Shown in pieces: positions 36,491 through 50,776 of a stretch of 64,000 bases of DNA (position 1 is the first letter of the stretch; every line of letters begins with the position of its first letter). The notes under the pieces were generated by a model, which did no database searches, was not told the origin of the DNA, and was given only the letters and a program-made list of their open reading frames with translations. Made by a program: the position numbers and the translations under genes. The stretch is from Bispira polyomma (taxonomy: Eukaryota): positions 68,944,001-69,008,000 of the forward strand of contig OZ287753.1 in the NCBI GenBank assembly GCA_965649765.1. The letters are read 5' to 3'.

Positions 36491-37510
36491 AATAAAATTC
36501 CATAATACTTTTCTGTAGTTGAATTATTCTTTTGAATTCTATCTTTTGTTGGCCTCGATTTATCTTTTAAATTTGGGTGAATCAAACAAACTATCATTGG
36601 CTCATGACATGATAACTTGGGTTGGGGGAGGGTGGGGGGGGGGGTTGTGGAAGATGAGTCATAATGGCCCCACCTATTGTTAGAGATAGGAGGATAAGTT
36701 TGAATGTAGAATGGTGAATTTTTGAATGATTTTGGTCCTGGAAGAGGCAGACTGAAAAGATAAGTTGTTGTATGGTAACGATAACTCGGGAGAACGTTAC
36801 GAATGGTCCCGATTGACCATGACCAATTAGCACCCACTCACAGAGGTTAACATGTTAAAAACCCATAATCGCAATGGTTGGGAGCTATGATCGGCATAGT
36901 GGAACAGAGGTATAAGTGATCACAAAGCGAATTTCAGTAAATTTCACTCCTTTTTAATGTAATATTTACGTGTCTTCATATTATTTTTCTGTTACATTGA
37001 AGGATTTTCTATTTGATTTGCTGTCATGGTACTGTTCCCACTTTAATTAACACAAGAGCAAAAACAGAACATATTGGACAATAAAAACACACTTGCGAAT
37101 ATGGAGAATACTGGTCGCGCAAAATAGAATTTGAACGGGTTCTCAAGTAACTACGCACAAGCGCAATACATACCCCTTACAACGTGAAAAGATTTACAAA
37201 GAGAATATGATGACAGGTTGAAGGTAGGTATGTCATAATGCAAATTTGCCCAAAGGAGGGTGGGGGCTTAGGAAAATTTGTTAGACACACTTTCCTATTA
37301 GTTGTTAAAACTAAAAACATTCACTGTGGCCAAAACGAAACCAAAACTGATCACTATAGCTGTGTTGTAGTGTTTGTATTTCAAGCCAGATGTTAATTGT
37401 TTAGAAGATCCAGTAAACATGTTGCAATTCGGAATATTTATTTCATAATTTATTATACTTAATATCTTTTATCTGATAAGATTTTCCATATTGTTCATCA
37501 GGTTCCATCA

Positions 37511-38436
37511 TTACTGTTGTTCAGCTGGCTGCCTCTTTAATATGCTGTGTTCAAAAGGCTGTTCAGCTGGCTGTCTCTTCAGTATGCTGTGCTCAAATGG
37601 TTGTTCAGCTGGCTGTTCAGCTGGCTGCCTCTTTAATATGCGGTGTTCAAATGGTTGTTCAGCAGGTTGTTCAGCTGGCTGCCTCTTCAGTATGCGGTGT
37701 TCAAATGGCTGTTCAGCTGGCTGCCTCTTTAATATGCGATGTTCAAATGGCTGTTCAGCAGGTTGTTCAGCTGGCTGCCCCTTCAATATGCTGTGTTCAA
37801 ATGGTTGTGCAGCTGGCTGCCTTTTCAATATGCGGTGTTCAAATGGCTGTTCAGCAGGTTGTTCAGCTGGTTGCCTCTTCAATATGCGGTGTTCAAATGG
37901 CTGTTCAGCTGGTTGTTCAGCTGGTTGCCTCTTCAATATGCGGTGTTCAAATGGCTGTTCAGCAGGTTGTTCAGCTGGCTGCCTCTTCAATATGCTGTGT
38001 TCAAATGGTTGTTCAGCTGGCTGCCTCTTCAGTATGCTGTGTTCAAATGGCTGTTCAGCAGGTTGTTCAGCTGGCTGCCTCTTCAATATGCGGTGTTCAA
38101 ATGGCTGTTCAGCTGGTTGTTCAGCTGGCTGCCTCTTCAGTATGCGGTGTTCAAATGGTTGTTCAGCTAGTTGTTTAGCTGGCTGCCTCTTCAGTATGTT
38201 GTGCTCAAATGGCTGTTCAGCAGGTTGTTCAGCTGGTTGCCTCTTTAATATGCGGTGTTCAAATGGCTGCTCAGCTGGTTGTTCAGCTGGCTGCCTCTTT
38301 AATATGCGGTGTTCAAATGGCTGTTCAGCAGGTTGTTCAGCTGGTTGCCTCTTCAATATGCTGTGTTCAAATGGCTGTTCAGCTGGCTGGTCAGCTGGCT
38401 GCCTCTTTAATATGCGGTGTCCTGTCAGTCTCTTTC
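37511..38436 (-). CDS. Putative repetitive exon: 17 units of KR-QPAEQP(AEQP)FEH(R/S)IL (54/42-bp tandem array)
   Basis: Open frame, acceptor ttatctAG at 38437, unit variation mostly synonymous in this frame; gene context unresolved. Confidence 0.45.
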
Positions 38437-41400
38437 CTAGATAATGTAAAGGTAAATGTGACCATAAAATGTGTCACTTGTGTGTTGTTGTACATAACCA
38501 AACTTGTATGAGGTAATTGCTTTTTATAGATTTATTTATTTAATTAATATGTAAGAATAATAATAACAACAATTAAGATTGAGCAATAATATTTGTGTAG
38601 TAAACCTCATAGGGTGTAAATACATCACATTCAACAGTGTAAATTTAAAATTGTATGCCAACAAAATTATAACTCTCTCTTTCAAAGAATAATGAAGACA
38701 TATTAAAGCTTCTACACTGCATACAACAATATTGGTGGTTCCCTTAGCTCTTCATCTAGGCACTGTAATTGGAATGAAATTGGTGGGAACCCTAGTTGGT
38801 ACTGCTATGGAAGGGGTTGCAAGTTTTTAGTATCGACGACAGAAAGCAACATCTTTGATGATATTACAATGTGTATTTAAGACTGATAATTTGAAAGCTG
38901 TGCTAGAGAGATACTTCAACCATCTGTTATGTTGATAAATACACATATAATGCAATTTTAGACCACACATATGAATTTAATGCATTTTTACAAAAATGAT
39001 TTCTCAGCAATTACCTTTGGTCTGACTTCTGGCAGGACCCGAAACTGTCAGGATAACAACCAACAATATATGTACCGTCAATAGTTTCATGGCTGAAAAT
39101 ACATATATATTTGGCTAAACTCTAGAATTCCCCTAACTTGCCATCTATTTCAAAAGTCGTACCAAATACTGTCAACCTGTATACATATATATTTTTTATC
39201 CAGTTCTTTTTTTTCGTTTACCTGTCGGCCTGACAACCTATATATGTATACTTTATAGTTCACAACATTTCAACCTGTCGATCTATATATGAAGAAAATG
39301 TATAGAGAAACTATATTTGTCAAATATCTATAATACATGAATTCCTACACAGAAGTATATTCCTACACAGAAGTATACACAGGTAGGGGAATAACAGAAT
39401 CGTTCCAAGTATTTTTTCTACAGTAGCCACAAATTGCAATAGCCCAAAATTGGAATATTTCGAGGAAAATAAGATAATATGTCAGAGCAAACGGCTAATG
39501 CTAATACACAGATAGTGGTTAGTGTGGTGGTAAATTCATAGAACACAATTAACTCAATTAAGAAGTGGGTGGGGGGGGGGGGGGGTGATTTTAGATAGCG
39601 AAGTTCTCAGTATTAAATGTCATAACTGGCAATCTTCGACTGATCTACAGGATCGCTAAAAGTGTTCAAAAATACAGCCAGCTTCGGTTGCCTTTGGTGA
39701 TACTCTCTTCAGAGATGTAAAACCATTAAAATGAATTGAACTGAAACAAGCTTTACAGGAGGAGTGGAGAAAGTTAACCCAAGAACCTCACAGGGCCCTG
39801 TAAATCAAAACCTTTGTTAAAATGCCAACTAACGAAGGTGCAACGACCAAAGTACGAGAAGATAACTGAACAACTGTGGGTAAATAGAAAGCGTTGGTTA
39901 GATTTTCGTCAGTTCAGCCCAAACGAAGGTCTAACTAATGTGATTCTCAGACATCATATGATGTGGTTACAATATAAATGTAGTAGTTATGTTCCATCTA
40001 ACATACACTAAGCTTTTAGATGTCCTATACATTGGTATTGATCCAAAAAGTGTAACATTAACAATCACTAATGAGTATTTAATGTTTATAACCCAGCAAT
40101 ATACACAAACCAGAATGTACTCATGTACATCAACAAATGCTATGACAGATATCATGACAAAGGTGTATGAGTGCATTGGCCATATAAACACACGTGAACC
40201 AGTGTTAACTTTATTGCTTTTTTTACAGGCTGTTTTACCATATAAAGTCAAAGGTAGTGCAGAATTGGAAAATATTTTCTGGCTTTTTACAATTGTTTTA
40301 TTGATTTATTGGTGATTATAATGTCTAACTGATACCTAATGACAGGGTCTGAGTTGTCGTTCAATTTAGGGGGTTTCACGAACAAAGTTAACTAACAGAG
40401 GGTTTCCAATGAGCCATAACTTTCTCAACTAAGGCTTAACCAATATGTAACGAGTTAGTGGAACAAGAGCTTTGATTTACAGGTCCCAGATCTGTACACA
40501 ATACTGAACGAATTAACTGTAGTCAAATGTCTGATAATTAAATTAAAATGCAGTGCCTGCAAGAATATTGTGTTAATGTGATCCTTTCTTGGGATTAGTC
40601 CAGCAAAGACGAGAGGCAGCGCTGTGGTTTTAAACGAGTGTGCACCCGGAGTGGATTGGAAACTGTGTAAACTGGGGATGGTGGGCAAAAAACAACATAT
40701 GATCAAGCTTTGATAATCACTGCCTCACATTTATAGTAGATAAATTTGCAAAAAGATCAGGTTTTGCTTATCTTGTCAACCAAAAATTATCCAAATTGAT
40801 CTGCTAAAAATGTGAGGCAGTGATTATTAGGCATTCCTATAATTCATGCAGCTTATTGAATTTCATTGAAAACGTAAATGTATAAATGACGCTCATAAAT
40901 ATTAAACATAAATTTAAAATTTATAAAATTGCACTTCATTTGCTTTTGTGTCTAGTGATCAAACAAAATAAAGTGATCAGTAATACAGAATAAGTCAATT
41001 TTACTAGAGTCAACTAACACAAAAATATGCCTTTCATTTAAAACAAATGCAACACAATCACCTACAAGTCTGATTAGATTTAATTAATTATCTATTTTCT
41101 GTGAAAAACATTAATAATATAATCCACCTAAAATATATATAAATACATGTTATTCAATATTTTGGCCTATGTTCAATAAAGACCTTCCATCACCTTACCT
41201 GTAGCTTTTAGAACTTGCTTTTTGCTTGCTCAGATGAGGAATCTGATTGCCATGTTTTGGTGTGCGTTTATTTATGTATAAATATTACATGCAATTTGCC
41301 AACACATTATACCTGTGTAAAAATATGAAACCGTCATTTGATGACCAACAGTTTTAGCACCTGCGCCCTATTATGATGACTGCAATTAGAGAAGAACAGT

Positions 41401-41439
41401 GATTCGTATGATTTATCCCACCTGACACAGTCTTATTGT

Positions 41440-43905
41440 TTTTTTTTATTTTCAATTTACTTCAGACACTTGGTCCATATTACAAAAATTGCAAAACATT
41501 ACAGGAACATGGTCAACACCCATTTGTACATATATGCCACTCATACTGACACCAGAGCCTCGTCGTATACACATAAAATTTCTAAAAACATTATTGAAAG
41601 CAACAGTCACTATGTTAATAACGGAATTTGGATAGTTCATCCACAACTGAGAAGTATAAAAATTACATATATAGGATTTAAACAGATGGACCTTCACTTC
41701 ACTCGAACACATTTTGAACCTATTTATCAGCATATTTCCCTGAGTATATATAGAGCGGATTTGTCTTTTGATGTCATCTGTATCACTAAGATTATGTGCT
41801 AATATATGGCCAAGATATTTATAGACAGTAACGAAGCTTAGGGCACGGTCACCCAGAAATAGATTTGGGTACACAGTATGTCTATGTTGTAGTACCCTAA
41901 CTATCATTCCTACAGTTTTAGTCTGATTAAACCAAATATCATGAGCATCTCCATATTGCTTACATATATATTTACTAACTTTTGTAATCCTTTTTATATA
42001 TGGGCAGATGAGAGCTATGTCATCAGCATACATTATGTGATTTGTTGAATGATTACTGATAAAGCAGCCAGCATGGCAATTGTTTTTGTAACTTTTCAAT
42101 AATATATGATATGTGTGCTACTGGGGTACCCCGTTTTTGTAACTTTCCAAATAACTTGTCATATCTTATTCTATCAAAAGCTTTAGAAGCATCCATGAAA
42201 CAAGCAAAGACTGAAAAGTTGTGTGTATTGTAAAAACATACAAGTTCCTTTAACACAACTATAGCCATTTCAGTACTATGATTGGGTTAAAAGCCAAACT
42301 GATTATCAGTAGTTTTAATATAGTTTAACATCATATTACATAAAATATTTTCAAAAACTTTTGATGCACATGTTGAGAGACTTACAGGTCTGTGGTTTGA
42401 CTTGTCATATATATTTCCACACTTGTTTTGAATTACTGGTACAATAACCGAATTCATCATTTTGTTTGGCATATATCCATGACTAAGCATTGCAGAGAAC
42501 AATATAGAGAAAGTTACACTAATGTATGGATCTGCATATTTAAGATGTTCTGCCATGATGTTATCAATGCCGGAACTCTTGCTATTTGGGAGCGACACAA
42601 TTGCTTTAGACACATCCACAGAGCTAACAATCATGCTATCCTCATAGCTCACACTACCATAGACAGTCTCTTGTTCAGAAGGAACACTTATTAAAGAGCA
42701 ACTCAAAGTGACCCTTCCAAATATTTGTAACATTTTCAATACAACTGGTATGATTGATACTGTATGGTAATAATACTTAATTATTGTTGGTGCGGCGAAT
42801 TTCTCTCGAAAAATCCTTATAGTAATTGTTGCTTAGAGTGTTTGCTATCTTGTTTGCTTTAATCCTGTCCACATGTTTTCAACACAAGCACAGAGCATAT
42901 TTGAGGCTGGCCAGTGTTCATCTCATTAGTTCTGCAATTGGACCATTTTTGGGCTTGTTGAAGTTCATCCAGAGGAAGAAAGCATCACGAGCAGCCAGAT
43001 GGGCTTCCTTGACAAGATTGTGCCAGCCAGGAGTTTGTTAAATCATACATTTGCGGAAACCTTTTGCTGTTTTATTGACAGATAATTTTTCAGATTCTAG
43101 TAAATTTTCAATAATGTTGTCATGCAAAGACTCTATATGCTGTCTATAATAGTTAGATTGGCAGTTTGGATCATAACACACAAATGTAGCCCCTGCAATG
43201 TTAATCTTACGTAGAAGATCACCAGATGCTCTGTGGTACAAGGATAGCTGGTCATTTGAAATATTACTCCACTTTAATTTGTCGCCTTTTTTCAAAAAAG
43301 GTGTCCTTTATATTGTTTGGAAGAAAGTCTAGATCTAATTTAAGGCACATAGGTTTATGATCCGAGGATATGTACTTTTAATGAATCTTAATATCAACAA
43401 TTGAGGAATGAGCATATTTTGAAGAAAAAAAGTGATAGATCCAGGAGGTGGTATACCAAGCATCACTAACAAAGATGAAAGAATTATTAGACAATAGTAG
43501 GTTGTCAGAAATACATAAGTCAAGGTCATTTATATATTCTTCTATGATATTGCCAAAAGAATTATTCTCCCTTGAATCACCATTAAAATCACCCATGATT
43601 ATCACATTTGTGTATGAGCTATCAGAGATAATAGAGTTCAGTTTTGCCATATGACATGTATATTTATCAATATTGTCACGACTATAATATGGTAAATACA
43701 CACCAATAAGTAAAATCTTTTGGTCACATGAGTTTACTTCTAGGCCACAAGCCCAATCAAGGGCATAATCAAGGGCTTTTTTCAAATATAACCCACTCCT
43801 CCATATTTGCGGCCACTATTTATTCCATCAACAGCTTTGACAGGAGAAACACCAAAACCTGTAGAATTCTCATCAAAAGTGTTTAGAGTACCAAGTTCAG
43901 TATTT
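41440..43905 (-). mobile_element. 5'-truncated non-LTR retrotransposon (APE + RT, L2-group-like), pseudogenised, with A-rich tail
   Basis: GRKYGGVG, IGVYLP, MGDFN, SWIYHF; NHRPVSL, NQFGF, DASKAFD, MYADD, KYLGH, LFKSY..YTSQLW. Confidence 0.88.
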
Positions 43906-44800
43906 GAATTGTCTTGAGCAGGCCTCTTTTTTAAAGAATCGACTTCTGGCCAGAGTTCTGGATTATCTCCACTAGCTCCCTCTTTTGTAACAGGAGAGTA
44001 AACACCAATGTCTTACCTAATACAACTAAATTAGCATAATGATAACTAGTCTATATTTTTATATGCAGATGATACAGAAAAAAATCTGGGATTGATTTGC
44101 AAAACAATTAGATGCATTATATGAGTGAAGATAAACAAATTGTCAATAAATATCAATTGCAAAAAAGTAGTTTCATTTAAAGTTAGGTAATGCTTCTCTC
44201 GTAATGGTGAATAGGTAACATTATCTAGAAATGTTTTTCAATAACTGTACTAATATGGGTGAGATAACATCAGTTTTAGCAGATTCAGTTTTAACAGTCC
44301 CCATCAAGCCAAGGTCAAGAATAAATCAATGAGGGTATATAATTTTACGAAGTCGCTGGGGAACCGTTGCCGGTTCCGCAAATAAACGCTTTGCAGAGCC
44401 GTTGTCGGTTTTTCAAAGAAGCACATTGGAGAACCGTTAATCACTAAATTCTGTTTTGCATTTGATCTACTACATAATCCGTGAGTGACATACTGTGAGT
44501 GACACCTTATTAATTGGGTACAAATATTTTTTTCAATCAATGAATTGGGCTCTGCATTGCATTTCATCTACTACATGATCCGTGAGTGACACACTGTGAG
44601 TGACACCTTATTAATTTTGTACAAATATTTATCTGTTACCCATTTAAGATTACGTATACAATTTTTAAGTACAATCACAGATAACCATTGTTTATATTGT
44701 GATTACAATTAACAATGGACTAGTGAGTATAAGTAGCCCTGTAGCAGTCGTCATCTTCATTGTGCTTGTTAAGTTACATACACGGATAGTTGATTGTAAA

Positions 44801-46682
44801 ATGGCTCTCAGTTTTCAAGTTGGTGATACTTTCCAAGACTATGCAACTTTGTAAAACTTTGCAAGACTGACTACAGAAAAATAAAAGCTGCTTCAGTTCG
44901 TTGCCCAAATAGAGGCTTCAATGACTCCATAGTGTACAGTGAACTTAAGTACTCATGTATCCATGGTGGTAAATCTTTTAAATCAAAATCTAGGAGTCTT
45001 CGTCCTAATCAAAACACAGCTAAGATTGGTTGTCAGTTTGTACTAAAATTGAAAGCAACCACAGATGGACAGGCCTCGGAGGTTATGAAATTTTTACCAG
45101 AACATAACCATGAAGTTACAGAACTGGAATACAAGTTCCACCCAACAGTGAGAAAAGTCAATAACAAAACTGAGAAAAGAATAGGAAGACATCTTCACCT
45201 AGTCGAAAATTGGTCCAGCAAACTACAGAGAAAAGACAGGAAAGACAATTATGATGAAAGATCTTCATAATATTGCCACCCGTGCTAAAGTGAGCAGCAG
45301 CCAGAACTCCACTTCCTCTTCAGAAGTCCAAGGCCTGGCTGATTGGATTGAAGATGAATACCCAGGAATTGACTTTGAATTTGTAGTAAATGAGAACAAT
45401 ATCTTGAGTGGCATTTATTTACAAGATGCAGAAATGAAATCTACTTTCATAGATTTCCTGAGGTCATCCTAGCTGATTCGACCTACAAAACCAACAACCT
45501 CAATATGGCCCTGTATGCCATGTTATCTGTGGATGGTCATGGGGAAAGTCATCTGGTGTCTGCTTTTTTGTCATCAATAAAGATAAGACATCACTGGGGG
45601 ACATGCTGTTGAGGTTCAAGAGAGGAATTCAAACTGGAGTGAGATCTGTACTGTCATTACAGATAAGGATATGACAGAAAGAAGTGTCTTTAAAGCGTCC
45701 TTCCGCCAAATCCAGCTGCAGATATGTTTATTCCATACACTGAGAACATTCAGCAGAGAGGTGACTATGGAAAAGTTAGGAATCACATCTGCACAACAAA
45801 GATTATCCTCAGAGCACCTGGAAAAGCTGGCATATTCCGAAGATGAGAATGGGTACCAGGAGAAGTATGCTGAATTTACTGCTGAAGTTCCCACTCGTGT
45901 GGTAACCTACAACTGGCACACCATTCATGTTGAATAAGTAAAAGGGTTGAAGTCTTTTCACTTAGGGAATGACACCACCAACAGAGTTGAGTCATTTTTC
46001 TCAAAATTGAAACCTTACTTTTCGCCCAAGTCAGCACTAAAGGAAATTCTGTCAGGATTGATGAGCTGTGTCGAATCCCTGAGATGTGAGAGACGTTACA
46101 GGCAGCTCAGACATATCAACAGACTCCAGGTTCAAGATATGTCAATCACTGACTTGGAGAAAAAATAAAAGCAACTACTAACTCCTCATGCTTTTTCCAT
46201 TGTGCAGTCTGAGCTGCACAAGAGGTCGGCCAATACTGATGTGCACGAAACAACATCTGATGAATGTCAATGTATTTTTTTTTCGTGGAATGAGGCTGCC
46301 ATGCAAGCACATTTTTAAATATCTGGAAGAAACGAATGCTGACCTGTACCAACCAAACACAGTTTCCTTGAGGTGGACACAACAATACAATAGCATCATA
46401 AATGTACAGAACAGGACTGCTGAAATTCGTGCTACTATGGGGACACCCATAAGAGAAAGAACTGTACTGACTGGAAACCAGAAATTTCGAAAGGCAACTA
46501 CAAAACGACAAAAACTGGCAACTCTTATGGCTGATGAGGGCATGAATATCTTTTTAGACAGAATGTCCTTCATTGACAATTTAATTTCGTTTTGGGAAGA
46601 AAGGAAACAGTGCACCTTAGTAGAAACTATTGGCATGGAAAGTCTAGATCTTGATAACAGTGAGTTTAATTTTTTTGTATAA
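44801..46682 (+). pseudogene. MULE transposase with N-terminal Zn domain and C-terminal SWIM finger (ZSWIM3-like)
   Basis: YSCIHGGK...KIGC...EHNH; ADSTYKTN; TDKDMTER; ICLFHTLR; NDTTNRVESF; MRLPCKHIF; multiple frameshifts. Confidence 0.85.
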
Positions 46683-48019
46683 AAATGTGTATATATAAAA
46701 TGGTATAGTATAAAATACACTCTGAGCTACTGTCCATGTACATCTCTTCATAGTTTATACTACATAATTAGAGATTACAAGGTTCAAATTTAAGCTAAGG
46801 TCATCTTAAATTTAATTTTTGTTTTAGATTAAGTTTTAAGTCAGACTCTTTTCGGGGAGAGCTTGAGTTGCATTTTATGGTGATCTTAAAGTTGTGTTTA
46901 AGATGAAGTATAGTACCAACCTGAAGTATAGTACCAACCTGAAGGCCAATACGATGACCTTAAATTGAGTAGTTTGAGGTGGCCCTAACTGAGTGGCCTT
47001 TCATCAAATTTAAAGACAATTATTTTATTTTATTCAAATTGACCTTAAATCACACTCAAATATCTCGATTTAATGCATAGCCCATAGCATTTGTCAGTAA
47101 TTTTAATGGGTTGTTACAATAGTTATAAAATATTATTTGCCACCAGGTGAATGTTCTATTTGATTTACCTTTAAAAACAGCGGTGTTTTGGCTGTTTTTG
47201 GCCAAAGGCCTACCTTAAATAATAAAGGAAGTAAAACTAAATTTGTCGTCCATATCTTTGATCTAATGCCAGTCCTTAGTTGATACAGAGTACCGTATAT
47301 CTCAGCCACATAATTGTATTGTATTATACATTTTTAACAAATCTGACACGGCAGTCTATTATATTCTCTTCAACGGGGAATATACAGCAATATTTTCTAA
47401 TAATGGTATTTAATTAATCAAGTACGTTTAGGTTGGCCATAAGTTATAATATTGTGTATGACTATTGTATTAATCAATATACAACCACAGATTAAATGGA
47501 AAGGTGATAGTTTTTTTGTTATAGGTGCTGTGTTAAATTTGTGAAGTTTTGTTTATGCTAACCGATCTGCTCCTTGCCATGCATACTGTCAGTAAATCGA
47601 AGCGAGGACAGAAAACTCGGTTTAAACCTTTAGGATGATTTTGTCTGAGGATGAACTAAAATAAGTCATTTAGCACTGTCCATGCAGAATAGAGGTGGGT
47701 AAGATAACCCCTTCCACCCTATTTCCCTATTACAAAGTCATGTGTCACTTCAGGGGTTCTGTAGTACTATAGTTACTGAAGAACGTAAACAACCTCTCAC
47801 AAGTGGTAATTATTTTCAATAATTATGTGATATATTAGTGTGTTGCAGATATTGTGAAATTGCAGATCAGAATAACTCCCACACCATGACACAATAATAC
47901 TAATTTGTAAAAACCTAGGAATGTAAACATTATACAAATTTGTATTGACTAATTGACTTCCCTGAAAGTTTACAATTAAAAAATATTCCAGCTGTGTAAA
48001 TGTTAGCCTTTGTGCCTTG

Positions 48020-48830
48020 GACAAATGATGTGTATCAACAACACATCCTGTCCAGATGTTTGGTTTTAAGTCTCATATATCAGAGATGGCATAGATCTGA
48101 GAGACATATGATTAACCCCACTGATGCTATGTATCAAGAACACATCCTGTCCAGATGTTTGGTTTTTAGTCTCATATGTCATAGATGCCCTAGATCTGAG
48201 AGACATATGACCAACCCCAGGTTCACTGATGTTGAACTAACAACTATGATTGTAAACTTGTGTACATAATATATGTATTGCATTATTTCTAAGTTTTAAT
48301 GTTTTTCAGTTCTAATATGTTATTGTAAAATACTTTATGTATCAAACTTAAATTAATACATATTATATGTATCATATGTATTCCGTGTATTATAAGTCAA
48401 ATATTGCTTTATAAGCCCATGTTGGACTGACATGCATATGTTCGATATGTTTTGATCTCATATGTCATAGATGCCATATATCTGAGAGACATATGGCTAA
48501 CCCCAGGTTCACTGATGATGGACCAACAACTGTGATTGTAAACTTGTATACATAATTTTTGTATTGCATTATTTCTAAGTTTTAATGTTTTTCAGTTCTA
48601 ATGTTTTATCGTATAATACTTTATGTATCAAACTTAAATTAATAAATGAATAAATATTATATGTATTCCATGTATTATAAGTCAAAGAGTGCCTTATAAG
48701 CCCATGCTTGACTGATATGCATAAGTTCAATATTGATATACTAAATACAATTGATGAACATGCATCCTCTGTGACGCACATCCCAATCAGTATGCAAAAG
48801 ATAGGCCAATAGGATAAAAAATTTATTATC
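48020..48830. repeat. Locally duplicated segments (~100 bp and ~290 bp units); another copy at ~50485-50715
   Basis: Direct repeats of tgtccagatgtttgg.., ccccaggttcactgatg.., ttcagttctaat...gcccatg. Confidence 0.75.
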
Positions 48831-48839
48831 CGAGTTTAG

Positions 48840-49160
48840 TCGTGACCTGCAGACAAATGTTAAGGTGGAAAAGCGAGTTGGTACAGATGTGTTTTGAGCC
48901 TTTTTGTGAAACCTGTACTCCTTGTCTCAGTTCAAAGACTAGTAGGGAGACTATTCCACTCAGCAGGTGCTGCAACTTAGAATGCTTTTGAACCAGCCAT
49001 TCAAGGGTAAGAAGCCAGAGGTGGAGAGATAACTTATTTGGTAAGATGGCAGAGAGCATAGATGATAAGTAGGCAGGGTACTGCACATGGACAGTCTTAA
49101 AAATGAGGACAATTACCTTGAATTTAACACAGAACTTAATAGGCAGCCACTGCAGCTTTT
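48840..49160 (-). mobile_element. L2-type LINE 3' fragment
   Basis: LQWLPIKFCVKFKVIVLIFK...PAYLS. Confidence 0.65.
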
Positions 49161-49274
49161 TTTCAGTTATATATACACTGGGAGTGCAGATGACACTAGA
49201 ATACAAAAGATTTATCTCTATCTCTCTTTATCTCTATCGCTCTTTGTCTCTCTGTGCACAGGTGTTGTGGAATT

Positions 49275-49521
49275 GGGATATTTAACGTCCATTCTAGTAC
49301 CTGTTTTTGGTTATATTAGGACGGGTAGTTGGAAACGCTGGAGAAAACACTGCATACAGTTGATCAAGGTTTTGCACTGAAACCAGCGGCCCACAGTAAG
49401 GAACTACCACCTTTCCCACATAGGCATCGATAGGATTCGAACTCACGCCGCTGAGAGGAGAGAGACCAGTGATTGTGAAGCGCAATGCTTGCTTACCACT
49501 AGACCACCGCGGCCCCCACAT
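49275..49521 (-). mobile_element. tRNA-derived SINE, well preserved
   Basis: A box ggtctagtggt, B box gttcgaatcc, non-tRNA body, ggacgttaaa tail. Confidence 0.75.
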
Positions 49522-50776
49522 GTGTTGTGGACGAAATAACTACATTGTAACAGAACTGGTCAGAAACCATGTACACCAGAAACAGTTACAGATACTGTAT
49601 AAGTGGACATTTTAACTGGAAGAAATTATCACTATGTTTCTATTTTGAAGATATTCAACTGAATTAATTTTCACAACTTTTAAACATATATTACCTACTT
49701 ACTATGTTCCCAACTTGAAATCAAGCACCTACTACGGTAAAACTGGTCCCAGCTTAACGTGTAGAAGTTAGAAGTAGAACTTTGTGTCAGTCAGTGAGTG
49801 GCCTCCCCTTCCTTAGAGAACGTATTGCCATCACCCCTCTTATTTTCCCCAGTAATGGACTGTTCCATTTAAAGCTCTGCGGTACAAAATGGAACTATAA
49901 AACCCGGTGTTTCAGTCACAACTGTGTCAAATAAGTGTTCTGAGAAGAACAGACTGCTTGATTGCCCACCGTCCACATCCCCCCCTTTTCCTTGTCTAAG
50001 TTAAATAAAAAAGTATTGTAATTATATATAAATGTTTGTAAACAACAATATGACCGGTATTAAATGTGTGTGTAATGTATTTTGAGGTACAAGAGCATGT
50101 GCTTTCTGGGAAGGGATACATGGCTTCATCACCTGGGACTCTTCGCAAAGTTCAAGTGCGTCACACAGAACTCATAGTGAACAGTTCAATTTAAAGCACA
50201 TGAAACCACTTAAAGATTGCATGACAGCGCCATGTATCATAACGAAAAAATCATGACCAAAAGTTTCTCTGATATGGTTGTTATTGTGGTTTTATTAACA
50301 AAGCTTTTACTTGTTATACATGTAGCTTCCCCAGAACACTTGACTTAAAACACGTAGAGGACTATATAAATGTAAATTATGTATGTGTGTAACTTTTATC
50401 ATGTAGCATTGTAAAGCAAGAAGTTTTTATTATTATCTGTATTCTATGTTAAAAGTCGGGCGTTTATTTTCCTTTATAGTTCTTATGAGTTTTAATGTTT
50501 TCAGTTCTAATGTTTTATTGTATAATACTTTATGTATCAAACTTAAATTAATAAATGAATAAATATTATATGTATTCTGTGTATTATAAGTCAAAGAGTG
50601 CCTTATAAGCCCATGCTTGACTGATATGCATATGTTCAATATTGATATACTGTATACAATTGATGAACATGCAGCCTCTGTGACGCACATCCCAATCAGT
50701 ATAGGCCAATAGGCCATATATTGTATTTTACATCCTGCATTTTGATACTGTCTAGCTGTGATTTGTTACTTTCTAC

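Noticed and set aside
37491-38444. Cys-rich metallothionein/keratin-associated-like plus-strand ORF (CSAGC repeats)
   Set aside because: No ATG or splice context, and variants that are silent in the minus frame are non-synonymous here; treated as the antisense shadow
39960-40710. Hydrophobic ORFs suggesting membrane proteins
   Set aside because: AT-rich composition explains them; no motifs or splice support
49275-49521. tRNA gene
   Set aside because: A/B boxes present but no full cloverleaf and followed by a SINE body seen in other copies
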